A stretch of 63,875 nt of DNA, the filler included, from Ministeria vibrans ATCC 50519 (Eukaryota > Protista > Filasterea): the NCBI GenBank assembly GCA_943704425.1. It is 12 parts of 12 records of this genome, joined end to end, with 100 filler letters (N's around TTAATTAATTAA, not from the genome) between each part and the next. Parts side by side here need not be neighbours in the genome. Positions count along the whole stretch, not along the records: positions 1 to 19,923 come from CALSCP010002502.1; positions 20,024 to 22,754 come from CALSCP010002637.1; positions 22,855 to 24,120 come from CALSCP010002088.1; positions 24,221 to 28,414 come from CALSCP010000472.1; 8 more parts are not named here. The stretch is one strand, 5' to 3'. A program made the translations under genes and the position numbers. Below, in pieces: positions 15,761 to 27,401 of the stretch. The notes beneath the pieces are model-generated. The model was given only the letters and a program-made list of their open reading frames with translations, did no database searches and was not told where the DNA came from. Each line of letters opens with the position of its first letter. Position 1 is the first letter of the stretch.

Positions 15761-17452
15761 GGATGATGACGAGGATGAGGCGGGTGCGCTCTGGCGCTTG
15801 TACTCGACGCGAATACGACGACCACCAATATCCAAGCCCTGGAGGCGGGCGGCGGCCTGGTCTGCCTCGTCTGTAGTAGAGTAGGCGGCAAAAGCAATGC
15901 CGCGGAAGTGGCCCTGTGAGTCGACGTGGTAGATGACAGGCTCGCAAGGACGGGGGATTGCCATGGGAGGAGGGGGAGAGAGAGAGCTGGGGGAAGGAGT
16001 AGAGGGGTCTGTGTCGATGAAGGAGGCGACTGTAGTCTCTTCTGGAATGCTAAAGCTGCGCGAGCGGAGGGGCAGTGGCGATGCAGAGCGGTGATAGTGG
16101 TGGTGGTGGTGCAGGTGAGGATGGAGGGAGGAAGGGGAGTGCGGAGGCGACTCGCTCTCTTTGCCAGTGCCGAGAGCGTGGAGAATTGATTCGAGCTGGG
16201 CAAGCGGCAAAGTGAATGGGAGGTTCTTGAGAACCAAAACGCGGTTGCGGGCCTCCTGGCCACTGGCGGCGCGGCGGGGGTCGATGCCAGGAGTCACGCG
16301 CCAACACCGCTCGACACCCACTGTCACAGGGCAACTGGTGGTGGTGGTGGTGGTGGTGGTGCTGCTGCTGCTGCTGCTGCTGCTGCTACCACCACCGCCA
16401 CCACCACCACTATCACCACCACCACTACTACTACTAGTGATGGTGGTGGTGTCGAGAGTCATGCCGTTGACTCGGCTCACGGCGCGCTCTGCGTCCTCCA
16501 TGCTTGTGAATTGGGCAAAGCCAAAGTCTTGATCCTCGCGCAGGTGACTGACACGAATGGGGCCCGCCTGTGACTCAAGCAGACGCAGCAGTGGAGCGTA
16601 GTCGGTGAGCGTGCCCAGGCCTGTCAACAAGACGGCGTCCGACGCGGGTGGGGGCATGTATTCGGTGGGCGGAAGGCTTTGCGACAAGGCCTGGTGCATG
16701 GTCGACAAACTGACGTTGGGCGAGCGGGACGACGAGGGGCGCTTGCGAGGGGACGGGCCGGCGTGGTCGCCGACGGAGGGGATCGCTGTCGCTGAGCGAG
16801 CGCGGGCCAAGAGCAGCGAGCTCTTCCGCGACGCCCACTGCGCCTGGGGTGAGCTGGGCACGAGCGCGGTGTTGTCCGCCGACGCCGCCTCTGCTGCCTC
16901 TGCTGCTACGGCAGCTGCGGCCGCCGCATAGGCGGCAGTGTCGAGCGTGATATCGTCGGTAGAGAGTTCGCCGTTGCGCGTGGCCGCCCGCTCTCTCCGG
17001 GTGTAGGAATCGAGGCGAACACGGCGACGGTGTGTTTCCGAGCGCGAGCGTGACCGTCCGCCCGACTCTTTGGAGACGTCCTGGACTTGCGTACGCGACT
17101 CGGCTGGGAAGTGTACGGGGCTTTTAGAGGGATGGACGACCGACGCACCGAAGCTAACGGCGAGGGAAGCGTCAGTCGGAGGCGCACGCGAACTCGTGCG
17201 GTCAGCGCCACAATCGCCCGAGTGCCAGTCGTCGTGACGCGACTGATCCGGCCCCCCTCGCCGGCGATGCGCGTCGCTCCTGGACCGGCTGCGTCCGCCC
17301 CCGCCGCCCTGCCCGTGCCTGCCCCCCGCGTTTTCGCATTGGCCGCCAACCGCGTGGCTGCTCCAACTCCGACTGCTGTCCGCCAAGTGCCCCGCCGACT
17401 GCGCCCCTCCCGTCTCTCCAAACGTCACCGTTTCAAATGATAACTCCTCCAT
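14843..17452 (-). CDS. RRM + R3H RNA-binding protein (Pin4/Cip2-like) with SUZ-C-like and PAM2 motifs
   Basis: RNP motifs FGFAQF and LVLKNLPF...FRGIAFAAY...GGRRIRVEYK; R3H FPPSFTSQDRKIVHFVAQHLGLGHRSFG; RLPRGP..RGF; C-terminal SRLNPEAKEFV. Confidence 0.85.
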
Positions 17453-17609
17453 GTAAACAATCCCCTGTGACAGTCAGCGAAAGCACCGACGTCAGTCGAG
17501 GACGGGACAATTTTTATAATGTGCATTAGTGGATATTTTGACGATCGATTTAGACAGAATAAATCACAGAAATCACTTTTTAAATTTTGTTTTTCGGCAT
17601 TCGATCAAA

Positions 17610-17682
17610 ATGTACCAGCAAAAACCATGGATGGGCCAGCCGGCACCACCAGGATACGTTGCTGGTCTAGGTCGAGGGTATG

Positions 17683-17720
<38 letters not shown>

Positions 17721-19603
17721 NNNNNNNNNNNNNNNNNNNNNNNNNNNNNNNNNNNNNNNNNNNNNNNNNNNNNNNNNNNNNNNNNNNNTTTTTTTTCTGA
17801 TGGGTTGTGGTTGTGTGAAATGTATTGTGTGTGTTGTTGTGGCACTCAGCGCGACTGGCTTTACGACGCGATCGGACATTGGGCCGGCGCGGGATGCAGG
17901 GGAGATCACAGACGACCGACGGCGGCGGCCGGCGCATCTGCTGGCGCAGCTGCAGGACCAGAAGCGGTCGGAGGCGGCGGCGGAGGAGGCGGACGACGCA
18001 ACGCTCAACGACGCCAACTACGACGCCGAATACGGCTACGGCGGCAGCCTGTTTAGCAAGAACGCGCCGTACGAGGCGGACGACCAGGAGGCGGATGCCA
18101 TCTACGACGCGATTGACGCGCGAATGGACGAGCGACGTCGCGAACATCGCGAGAAGCGCATCAAGGAGGACCTCGAGAAGCTGCGGGCCGAGCGCCCCAA
18201 GATCCAGCAGCAGTTTAGCGACCTCAAGCGCCAGCTCAAGGACATTTCGGCGTCCGAATGGGACGATTTGCCCGAGGTGAGTGGTGTGCGCGCCACGAAA
18301 CGCCCCAAGACAAGCACGCACGCCGAACGCTTCACGCCCGTGCCCGATTCGGTGATTGCGCGCACGCGCGACGCCAACGCGACCACCACACAGATTGACC
18401 CGCGTACAGCAGTGAGCGGTGGGCTCACGACGCCTATGGGGATTGCCGCGACGCCCATGACAGACCTGTCGACGATTGGTGACGCGCGAAACTCCATGTT
18501 GTCCATTAAGCTGGACCAGGCGAGCAGTTCGGTGTCGGGACAGTCTGTGGTGGATCCCAAGAGTTTTCTGACAGACTTGCAGTCGCTAACGCCCAAGTCG
18601 AATGCAGACGTGAGCGACACGGCCAAGGCACGGCAGTTGCTCGAGAAGGTGCGCGAGACAAACCCGCACCACGCACCCGGATGGGTAGCGTCGGCGCGCC
18701 TTGAAGAGGTGGTGGGCAAGCTGGGAATGGCACGCACCATTGCGTTGAAGGGTTGTGAGAAGTGTCCGCGCAACGAAGACATGTGGATGGAGGCGGCGCG
18801 GTTGCACACGCCCGAGAGCGCCAAGGCGATTGTGGCGCAGGCAGTGAGCCAGGGCCGCTGTCCGCTGTCGGTGCGGCTGTGGATCAAGGCGGCGGATTTG
18901 GAGACGGAGGTGAAAAACAAGAAGCGGGTGTTGCGCAAGGCGCTCGAGGCCATTCCGGAGTCGGTGCGGCTGTGGAAACTGGCAGTGGAGCTGGAGGAAG
19001 TGAGTGATGCGCGTGTGATGCTCCAACGCGGAGTCGAGTGCTGTCCCAAGGCCGTTGACCTGTGGCTCGCTCTGGCACGTCTTGAGTCGTATGAGAATGC
19101 CCAGCGTGTGCTCAATCAAGCACGTGTTGCCGTGCCCACCGACCGGCTCGTTTGGTTCACAGCGGCCAAGCTCGAAGAGGCTCACGGAAACGTCGAGATG
19201 GTCCCGAAGCTCATTGAGCGCGCGTTTAAGAATCTCACAGCGAATGGAGTGCAGATCAATCGAGAGTCGTGGATGGAAGATGCCGAGAAGACAGAGCAGG
19301 TGAGGAAAAAAGAAAAGAAAAAGGGTGATGGAGAGAGGGGGAGGGAATGCGTGAGTTTGAGGACGGAGTGATTTTGTTATGTGTTATGGTTTTTCCTCTT
19401 TCTCACTTTGTGTGTATGTCTGCTTGTGTCTGTTCTGTGTGTAGAGTGGGAGTCCTTTGACAGCGCAGAGCATTGTGCGGGCGGTGATTGCAATGGGTAT
19501 TGACGAGGAGGACCGTCTGCACACTTGGTCGTCTGACGCCGAGTCTTTTATTGCTCACTCGGCCTTTGACTGTGGCAGAGCTGTTTATGCTTTTGCCTTG
19601 CAA
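17610..19603 (+). CDS. PRPF6: Pre-mRNA processing factor 6, N-terminal portion
   Basis: [52 protein letters not shown], HAT repeats; truncated at the contig end. Confidence 0.97.
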
Positions 19604-19835
19604 GTAAGACATTGCATATTTGTGTGTATAAAGGAGAGAGAGAGAGAGCGAGAGAGAGTGAAAGAAAAAAGAGAGAGATTGAGAGAGAGTATGGGAAAGA
19701 AAAAGAGTTTGTGTGTGAGTGAGAAGGAGAGAGAGAGAAACAAAGCGATAGAGAGAGTTTGTGAGAGAGTTTGAGAGAAAGAGAAACTAAGTGATAGAGA
19801 GAGTTTGAGAGTTTGAGAGTTTGAGAGTTTGAGAG

Positions 19836-19923
<88 letters not shown>

Positions 19924-20023
19924 NNNNNNNNNNNNNNNNNNNNNNNNNNNNNNNNNNNNNNNNNNNNTTAATTAATTAANNNNNNNNNNNNNNNNNNNNN
20001 NNNNNNNNNNNNNNNNNNNNNNN
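19924..20023. other. Artificial contig spacer (N44-TTAATTAATTAA-N44). Same spacer at ~22755, 24121, 28415, 31879, 33053, 41132, 44328, 46630, 49942, 62750
   Basis: Identical linker with stops in all six frames, flanked by N runs, occurring 11 times. Confidence 0.98.
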
Positions 20024-20799
20024 TTTTCGCGCAATGGGACGCTTGCAACAACGTTAAACCCATCCCATGGCCAGGAGCGGGTCTCAAAAGGAGAACTGGC
20101 TTTGTGGAGTGAAAATGAAAAACGAACTTTTCTAAAATCTGTTGAGAAAACTATAGTTGCTTAGAAATTGCTAATCTGTGCGCCTCAATGCTACCGCACC
20201 ATGTCCATATCCATCATGCTTCATCTGCGGCGTGATAACTCGCACGATAAGCTGTCGGGCCAAAATCTCCGTTGCGCCCCCAACGACCAAAGCCCAACCC
20301 TCCAGTCTTACCTTCTCACTTCTCAGTATTTGAATCCTAAACTGATGATTGGAGCGTTATGTCATAAACCGAATTAGAAAATAATTATTGTTTATTGTGT
20401 AAACTGTAAAAACCCAAGTCAGTTATTCATATCCGATCGGCTATTTTCATTTTCACTCCCAACAGGCCAAAACTGTCACGGACACACCGCCCAGTCACTC
20501 ACTGGTTCACAATACTCACAATTCACAATTCCACATGACCAACTCGCCCAGCCAAGACGCACCAGCAGCACTTTGGTGTCAGGAACGGACAGGCCGAAAA
20601 GATCAGCGACCTCGCCCAAGTCGGAAATATTTCCCGGACTGTCCGGATCCTCAAACTGAGACAAACTCATTAACTCAACCTCAAAGTCGTCGACTCGTCG
20701 TCTACGCTGAGTATCGCAAATGAGTCGAATAAATTTGACTTTGTGATCGCGAATTCGTGATTCTAAATTACTTCTAATTTCAAATTATTGTTCGTCAAC

Positions 20800-22660
20800 A
20801 TGCCTCGCCCAGGCGCTTCTGCATCAGAGGACGCCTCCAAACGACTGCAGGCGAAATCGGCTGCCGAGTTTTTCGCCGACAACAAGACAATTGCGGGTAG
20901 GACGAAGAAACGCGCACCGTTCGCGTTTTGGGTTTGTCTGCGCGTCACTTGGCGCCCGCCTCTCTCTCTGACTCTCACACCCTGTTGTGCTTTCCTCTTT
21001 TCCGTTCCTCCTCGCACCGGCGTTTGGCTCGATAGGGTTTGATAACGTACGAGTCTGGTCAAAACAGATTGTTTTCCTGACTTGACCCTTTTCGCTTCTC
21101 TGTTCGTTTCCCTCTCAGGCTGGCAAGTCTCTCTTCACCACCATCCGTGAGTTTGTGGAGAACTCTCTTGATGCTGCCGAGTCCCAAGGCGTCCTGCCCA
21201 ACGTGTCTGTCTCTATGTGCGCAAATCATAAATTAATAACACACTCACACTCAAACTGTCATTCCTTTTTGGCATTTCTTAGAGATGAGCTCTCCGACTC
21301 TGCGTTCAACAGCCTGATTGGCCTCGACGGCGTCACTGAACGTAAAAACAACACATTGTACAAAGATCATAAGAAGGCAACGCCGGCAAAGAAGGTGCGT
21401 ACTCGAACATGAGTCTGTGAAGGCGTTGACACTTTGTGTTTCTAGCGCAAAGCGGAAGAGGACGATGCAGAAGCAGAGAAGGCGGCTGTTGCATCAGGGA
21501 CTACGGGTGCAGACAACATGGAAGTAGATCCGTCACAGGGCGCCTCATCGACTCCGACGAAATCTGCACGCAAAGACAAGGAGAAGCCTGTGACGCACTA
21601 TCGTGTGACTGTTCGAGTATGTATCAGTTTTTTTGTTAAAAGTGTCGTGAATTCAATGTGTCTTTTTGTTCTGCAGGACAATGGCTGTGGCATGAAATAC
21701 GAAGATATTCCAAACATGTTTGGCATTGGTATGCGTGTGTGTGCGTGAGTGTGAGTGAGTGAGTGTTATTGTGCTTAGTGTGCTTGGCGTGATTTGTATG
21801 TTTGTGAGTGAGCGGGGGGGACAGAAAGAAGCCAAGTGTTCACATTGTTTTCTCGCGTTTTTCAGTTTTGTCTGGCACAAAGTACGGCGTGAAGCAAGCG
21901 CGCGGTCGGTTTGGACTGGGCGCCAAAATGGTACGTGTTTCTGTAACCTAGTGTACTTTTTGATTAACTGTACATGTGTGTGCAGGCGCTGATTTGGTCG
22001 AAAATGAGCACCGACATGCCAATTACCATTCGCAGTGCAACGGACAGCGCATCGCCTGTGACACTTTGTGTTCTTGACATTGATATCCACCGCAATGCGC
22101 CTCGTGTCAAGGAGCATCGGCGCGAGCCGAATGTGGACGGGTGGCAGGGAGCCGAAGTGAGTGTGGTCATTGAGGGCAATTGGTCCGCGTACAAGGTACA
22201 CTAGGCGTAGACTTGCTCATTTTGCTGCTAACTTTCATTTGTACAGCGTCATGTGTTCCAGTACATGCAGAAGATGGCTGTCATCACCCCCTATGCTGAG
22301 TTTCAGCTGCGTCTCAATGCCGTTCAAGATGAGTCAGTCGTTTCTCACTCAGCTGCCCTTTGCTTGATGTACTGACACCACAGTTACACGCATTACGTTA
22401 CAGCAAAAGCTTTCTTGTGCACTATCCACGTCGCTCCGAGTTTATTCCCCGCGCTCCCATTGAGGTTAAGCAGCATCCGTCGTCAGTCAACCTCATTGAC
22501 ATTCATCGTCTCGCAAGGTGAAAACAGACAATAAAATTGTATTGTTGTGCTTTGTCTTATTGTGTGTTTGGGGTTTGCAGTGGGAAGAAGATGACACTGA
22601 AGAACTTTCTGTGCAAAGAATTTTCCTGCATTTCAACGGGACTCGCCACTCAGATCATCC
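20800..22660 (+). CDS. TOP6B: DNA topoisomerase VI subunit B, 3' partial, about 12 short introns
   Basis: Spliced product [107 protein letters not shown]; these match the GHKL motifs of plant-type TOP6B. Confidence 0.93.
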
Positions 22661-22694
22661 GTAAGAGAACGCACATGATACTACAAACACGCGA

Positions 22695-22754
22695 GAGAGT
22701 GCGCAAGTCACTGACTTGAGAGTGCGCAAGTCACTGACTTGAGAGTGCGCAAGT
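22695..22754 (+). repeat. 23-bp tandem repeat (GAGAGTGCGCAAGTCACTGACTT) x~2.6 at the contig end
   Basis: Direct inspection. Confidence 0.85.
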
Positions 22755-22920
22755 NNNNNNNNNNNNNNNNNNNNNNNNNNNNNNNNNNNNNNNNNNNNTT
22801 AATTAATTAANNNNNNNNNNNNNNNNNNNNNNNNNNNNNNNNNNNNNNNNNNNNTTCTTTTTTTCTCTCTCTCTCTATCACTTTTGCTTCTTTCTCCCTC
22901 CCTTCTCCTGATTCTCTTAC

Positions 22921-23826
22921 CTGCAGTTGATGGTAATGTCCTCAGCATTGACGCGCTTCTTGAGTCGGCCCATCTTGGGGTGTTCGCCACGACCGCGAAA
23001 CAGCCCCGGCGGCTCAATGCGAAAGTTGGCAATGCGCTCGCGACGTCCGTCCATAATGCAGTACCCATACTCCTCCACGAGCGCCTCGTTAGCGTCCTTG
23101 ATTGCCTTCTTCTCCTCCTTACTCATCGCCTTCTTCTTCTCCCGCTCCGAATCAAAGTGCGCTGTCATGGCACTAAAGTCGCACTTGTCCAAATCCGTAA
23201 TCTTCTCTCGCTCCTCCTCATTCATTGTCTTGCGCCAGTCCCGCCAGAAATTCTGCTTGAACACATCCTTTTCAAGGTAGGCAGTGCGTGCCATGGCCGC
23301 GTAGAATCCCGCCACCTGAAAAAAAAAGGTCAGTACGTCTTAGCCTCTCGAGAGAGTTTGTCTGACCTCCTCGGCATCTTGTGAGAGTGCCATGGGTTTT
23401 CCGTCGTAAATCAGCTTAACATTGGTGGGTAGACGCACATAGTCAGGCGCAAGTAGCACACCTTTGTGCTCCAGAAACTTCCAGCGCACTCCCTCCTCAT
23501 ACTGAATGTCGTCTTCCCACCACTTGTGGACGTCCTTGAGCTCTTCGATTCGACGCTCCGCCGCCTTTTCGGCCGCTGTCTTCTTCTTGGGCGCCTCGTC
23601 GCCCTCTTCCTTCTTGGCCTTTTTTCGCGCTGGCTCCTTGGCCTCAGCCTTCGCTTTGGCCGCTGTCTTCTTTGCGGGTGTCGCCTTCTTCGTAGGCGTC
23701 GCCTTCTTCTTGGGCGTCGCCTTCTCCTTCTTCTTGGGCGTCGCCTTCTCCTTCTTCGCTGGCGTTGCCTTCTTCTTAGGCGTTGCTGCCTTCCTTTTCC
23801 TCGATGACGACGAGTCCGCCGTGAAG

Positions 23827-23861
<35 letters not shown>

Positions 23862-23929
23862 GTCGTCGTCGTCGTCGTCGTCAAAAGCGTCGTCCTCATC
23901 ATCATCATCATCATCACCATCACCATCAC

Positions 23930-23965
<36 letters not shown>

Positions 23966-24088
23966 TGTCTTCATCGTCGCTCTCCTCTGCCTTCTTCCCC
24001 TTCCTTCTCGCTGGCGCCTTCTTCGCAGCCTTCTTAGGAGTGGGTGCCTTAGCTTTTCTACCAGGCGACTTTCTTGCAACCGGACGCT
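22921..24088 (-). CDS. TOP1: DNA topoisomerase IB, internal fragment with Lys/Ala-rich and acidic N-terminal region
   Basis: KWWE, WKFLEHKGV, YDGKP..LS..AEE, F.QNF..DWRK, IANFRIEPPGLFRGRGEHPKMG. Confidence 0.96.
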
Positions 24089-24350
24089 AAACAAACAAAA
24101 AAACGACAGTTTAAAAAAAANNNNNNNNNNNNNNNNNNNNNNNNNNNNNNNNNNNNNNNNNNNNTTAATTAATTAANNNNNNNNNNNNNNNNNNNNNNNN
24201 NNNNNNNNNNNNNNNNNNNNCAATTAATTATCACTTTCACAACCTTTGCACAACAGACGAGTCGAAGAGAACGGGTGTGGGTGTGGAGGGGTGAAGTCGG
24301 ATTGAATGTGTGTGTGGAAGGAGGTGCATGGGGAGGAAGGGGGCGAGTGT

Positions 24351-24445
24351 GTACCTTTAATCCAGGTTGGTCGTGTTGGGTAGGTGATGTTTGCTGCGTC
24401 GGCACAGTAGACGCTCAACAGCGCCACGACAAGGAGCCCGCGCAT
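24351..24445 (-). CDS. First exon of a putative secreted protein (signal peptide), rest not on this contig
   Basis: MRGLLVVALLSVYCADA signal-like sequence followed by a GT donor. Confidence 0.4.
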
Positions 24446-25069
24446 AGTGACTGTTTGAGAAAGTATAATCGAGGACGCCAGAGGGAAAGCGAAATTTAAC
24501 TGATCAGTGAAGAGTGGTGTGTTTTTAACATGGGATAAACGAAAATCCAAATAGGAAAAAATACAAAAAAAGATCGCGGTAAATTGGGATTGTCCAAAAG
24601 CGATTGAGATGTAAATGCGCATCATTTACACATTTCGGCGGAGGTTCTTGCTCGATTGTATCACCAACGTCATTGATTGTGTGCGGGCTTTGTCGGGCAA
24701 GCGGTCCACGCAGCCATTGCAAGGGGGGGGGAGGTGAGGGGAGTACGGAGTAGATTGCACGGAAGTTGACTCTCCCGATTTGGATTTTGCTTTTAGGTTG
24801 CAAGCGGAAAGGCCGTATTCAAGACGGTACCTGCCTGCGTGGTACGTGTTGACGGTGTTGTAGTTGTTGGTGGCCGTTTGAGAATAATGGCTTCAGCGAG
24901 GGCGTTGAGAGGAGTATTCACTTTCACTTTTCGTATGTCGGAAGTTAGTATATATTTTCTTGTTTTATTATTATCATTAATAATAATAATCATTATGCAA
25001 TTTTTTTTTGTGACTGTATCATTGCTAACTGGGACCTGGGTTGTATGGTTTTTATGTTTCACACAGTTT

Positions 25070-26284
25070 TTATGTCACTTTTTGAAAGCCCGCTCCTTGC
25101 TCTCCTGCATGGAACACACTGGCCATGTTGTTCAATGTATCGCCTGTGGATGGGTGGTCGGGACCAACAGACTTCTCACAGATGGTCAGAGCACGCTCAT
25201 AGTACTCAAGAGCACGACTGTAGTCTCCTTGTGCCCGAAACACAATGGCCATGTTGTTCAATGTGCCGCCTGTGGATGGGTGGTCGGGACCAACAGACTT
25301 CTCATGGATGGTCAGAGCACGCTCATAGTACTCAAGAGCACGACTGTAGTCTCCTTGTGCCTTGAACACACCAGCCATGTTGTTCAATGTGCCGCCTGTG
25401 GATGGGTGGTCGGGACCAACAGACTTCTCATGGATGGTCAGAGCACGCTCATAGTACTCAAAAGCACGACTGTAGTCTCCTTGTGCCTCGAACACAATGG
25501 CCATGTTGTTCAATGTGCCGCCTGTGGATGGGTGGTCGGGACCAACAGACTTCTCACAGATGGTCAGAGCACGCTCATAGTACTCAAGTGCACGACTGTA
25601 GTCTCCTTGTGCCTCGAACACAATGGCCATGTTGTTCAATGTGCCGCCTGTGGATGGGTGGTCGGGACCAACAGACTTCTCATGGATGGTCAGAGCACGC
25701 TCATAGTACTCAAAAGCACGACTGTAGTCTCCTTGTGCCTCGAACACAATGGCCATGTTGTTCAATGTGCCGCCTGTGGATGGGTGGTCGGGACCAACAG
25801 ACTTCTCACAGATGGTCAGAGCACGCTCATAGTACTCAAGTGCACGACTGTAGTCTCCTTGTGCCTCGAACACAATGGCCATGTTGTTCAATGTGCCGCC
25901 TGTGGATGGGTGGTCGGGACCAACAGACTTCTCACAGATGGTCAGAGCACGCTCATAGTACTCAAGTGCACGACTGTAGTCTCCTTGTGCCTCGAACACA
26001 ATGGCCATGTTGTTCAATGTGCCGCCTGTGGATGGGTGGTCGGGACCAACAGACTTCTCATGGATGGTCAGAGCACGCTCATAGTACGCTAAAGCACGCG
26101 AAATCTGCTCACGATCGTGGTACACAATGGCGATAGTGCACAGCAGGCCAGGTGAGGTAGCTGCAATTGGCTGGTGCGACGCAATTTCCGCGCATAGAGG
26201 AAAGTCGAAAAGGGCGCTATCGTCCTCCTCAAAAAGCTCCTCCAGATCAATATCCGCCCGCAACGACCAGTCAACATGCCTCAT
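25070..26284 (-). CDS. Tetratricopeptide repeat protein (42-aa kinesin-light-chain/NLR-type TPRs)
   Basis: About 8 copies of GPDHPSTGGTLNNMAIVFEAQGDYSRALEYYERALTI.EKSV; first in-frame ATG at 26284. Confidence 0.88.
   Translation of the reverse strand: MRHVDWSLRADIDLEELFEEDDSALFDFPLCAEIASHQPIAATSPGLLCTIAIVYHDREQISRALAYYERALTIHEKSVGPDHPSTGGTLNNMAIVFEAQGDYSRALEYYERALTICEKSVGPDHPSTGGTLNNMAIVFEAQGDYSRALEYYERALTICEKSVGPDHPSTGGTLNNMAIVFEAQGDYSRAFEYYERALTIHEKSVGPDHPSTGGTLNNMAIVFEAQGDYSRALEYYERALTICEKSVGPDHPSTGGTLNNMAIVFEAQGDYSRAFEYYERALTIHEKSVGPDHPSTGGTLNNMAGVFKAQGDYSRALEYYERALTIHEKSVGPDHPSTGGTLNNMAIVFRAQGDYSRALEYYERALTICEKSVGPDHPSTGDTLNNMASVFHAGEQGAGFQKVT
25121..26090. repeat. 126-bp near-identical tandem coding repeat, ~7.7 copies
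   Basis: Units begin at ~25121, 25247, 25373, 25499, 25625, 25751, 25877, 26003 and differ at only a few sites. Confidence 0.97.
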
Positions 26285-26653
26285 CCACGCCCCCCGGCAA
26301 ATCCTGCCGACGCAACAGCGACTCCATTGCACGCAGAGACTGTCGACAGTCAAGTTTGAACTTGTCAAAAGGTTTGCCACCCCACAACACGGACAACTTG
26401 CGCTGCGAGAGTAAACGATTCCGCGAACGCCGCAGCCGACTCGGGATCAAGACGCTCAACGAGTAGGCAGAGAATATCAAAAGAAAGCGAAGGTAAAAGG
26501 TGTGTGAACACAATTATATTCACAACTTCACATCACAATTCACATTTCACAATTCACACTTCACACTTCACAGTTCACACAAATTTCTCAAGTATCACTC
26601 GTCTGTACTCAGTGTCCTCTGACTCCCCGTCTCTCGCTCCCAGCGTCTTGTCT

Positions 26654-27365
26654 ATGTCTGATCCTGCGTACGACACATCCTTCGCCCCATCACAACTAAC
26701 CATCACCTCACTCTCTCTCTCTCTGTCTGTCTGTCTGTCTGTCTCTCTCGCCCCAGCCCCAAACGTGCCCGCATTGCCTCGGATGACTCCTGCCGGCTGA
26801 CCGCCAGCAAGATCGCGTGTCCGCCGACCGAGCAAGACCTGATCAATCTAACCGACCTGCCCATCGACGATCTGCCGCGCAAGTACCGCCGCACCCACGC
26901 CAACCGCGTTTTTGTCAACCGCGAGCTGTCTCTCTGCGACATCCAATGGTTTGGCTTCGACATGGACTACACACTCGCCGGTACACATTCTTCTTTTTTT
27001 TTTCCATTTCAAATGCTATTAATTTTGAATTTTCGTTTTTTTTTCCCGTAGAGTATGTCAGTGAGACGTACGAAGCACTCTGCTACGATCTGACGGTCAA
27101 GCGACTTGTTGTGCACGGCTACCCTGCTGAAATCGAGACGCTCTTCCAGTACAATCCGTCCTTTGGCATCCGCGGTAGGTGTCACTCTCCCTAACCCTTT
27201 GTCTCTCTACCACTTTGTCTCTCTCTCTCTCTACCACTTTGTTTCTCTCTCTCTATCATTTTCTCTCTCTCTATCACTTTCTCTCTCTCTCATCACTTTG
27301 TTTCTTTCTTTCTTCCTCTCTCTCTCTATCACTTTGTTTCTTTCTTTCTTCCTCTCTCTCTCTCT

Positions 27366-27401
<36 letters not shown>

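Noticed and set aside
20024-20762. Short ORFs, an E2F-like TTTCGCGC and a near-palindrome upstream of TOP6B
   Set aside because: No recognisable protein motifs, and the short sites are not distinguishable from chance
20800-24088. TOP6B next to TOP1 as a topoisomerase cluster
   Set aside because: They are on different contigs separated by a spacer
25121-26090. 126-bp repeats as a CRISPR array or diversity-generating retroelement target
   Set aside because: No unique spacers, no cas or reverse transcriptase gene, and no adenine-specific variation pattern
24839-26136. Long antisense ORFs (417 aa and 249 aa) over the TPR array
   Set aside because: A stop-free 126-bp unit repeated in frame produces these automatically; no independent coding signal
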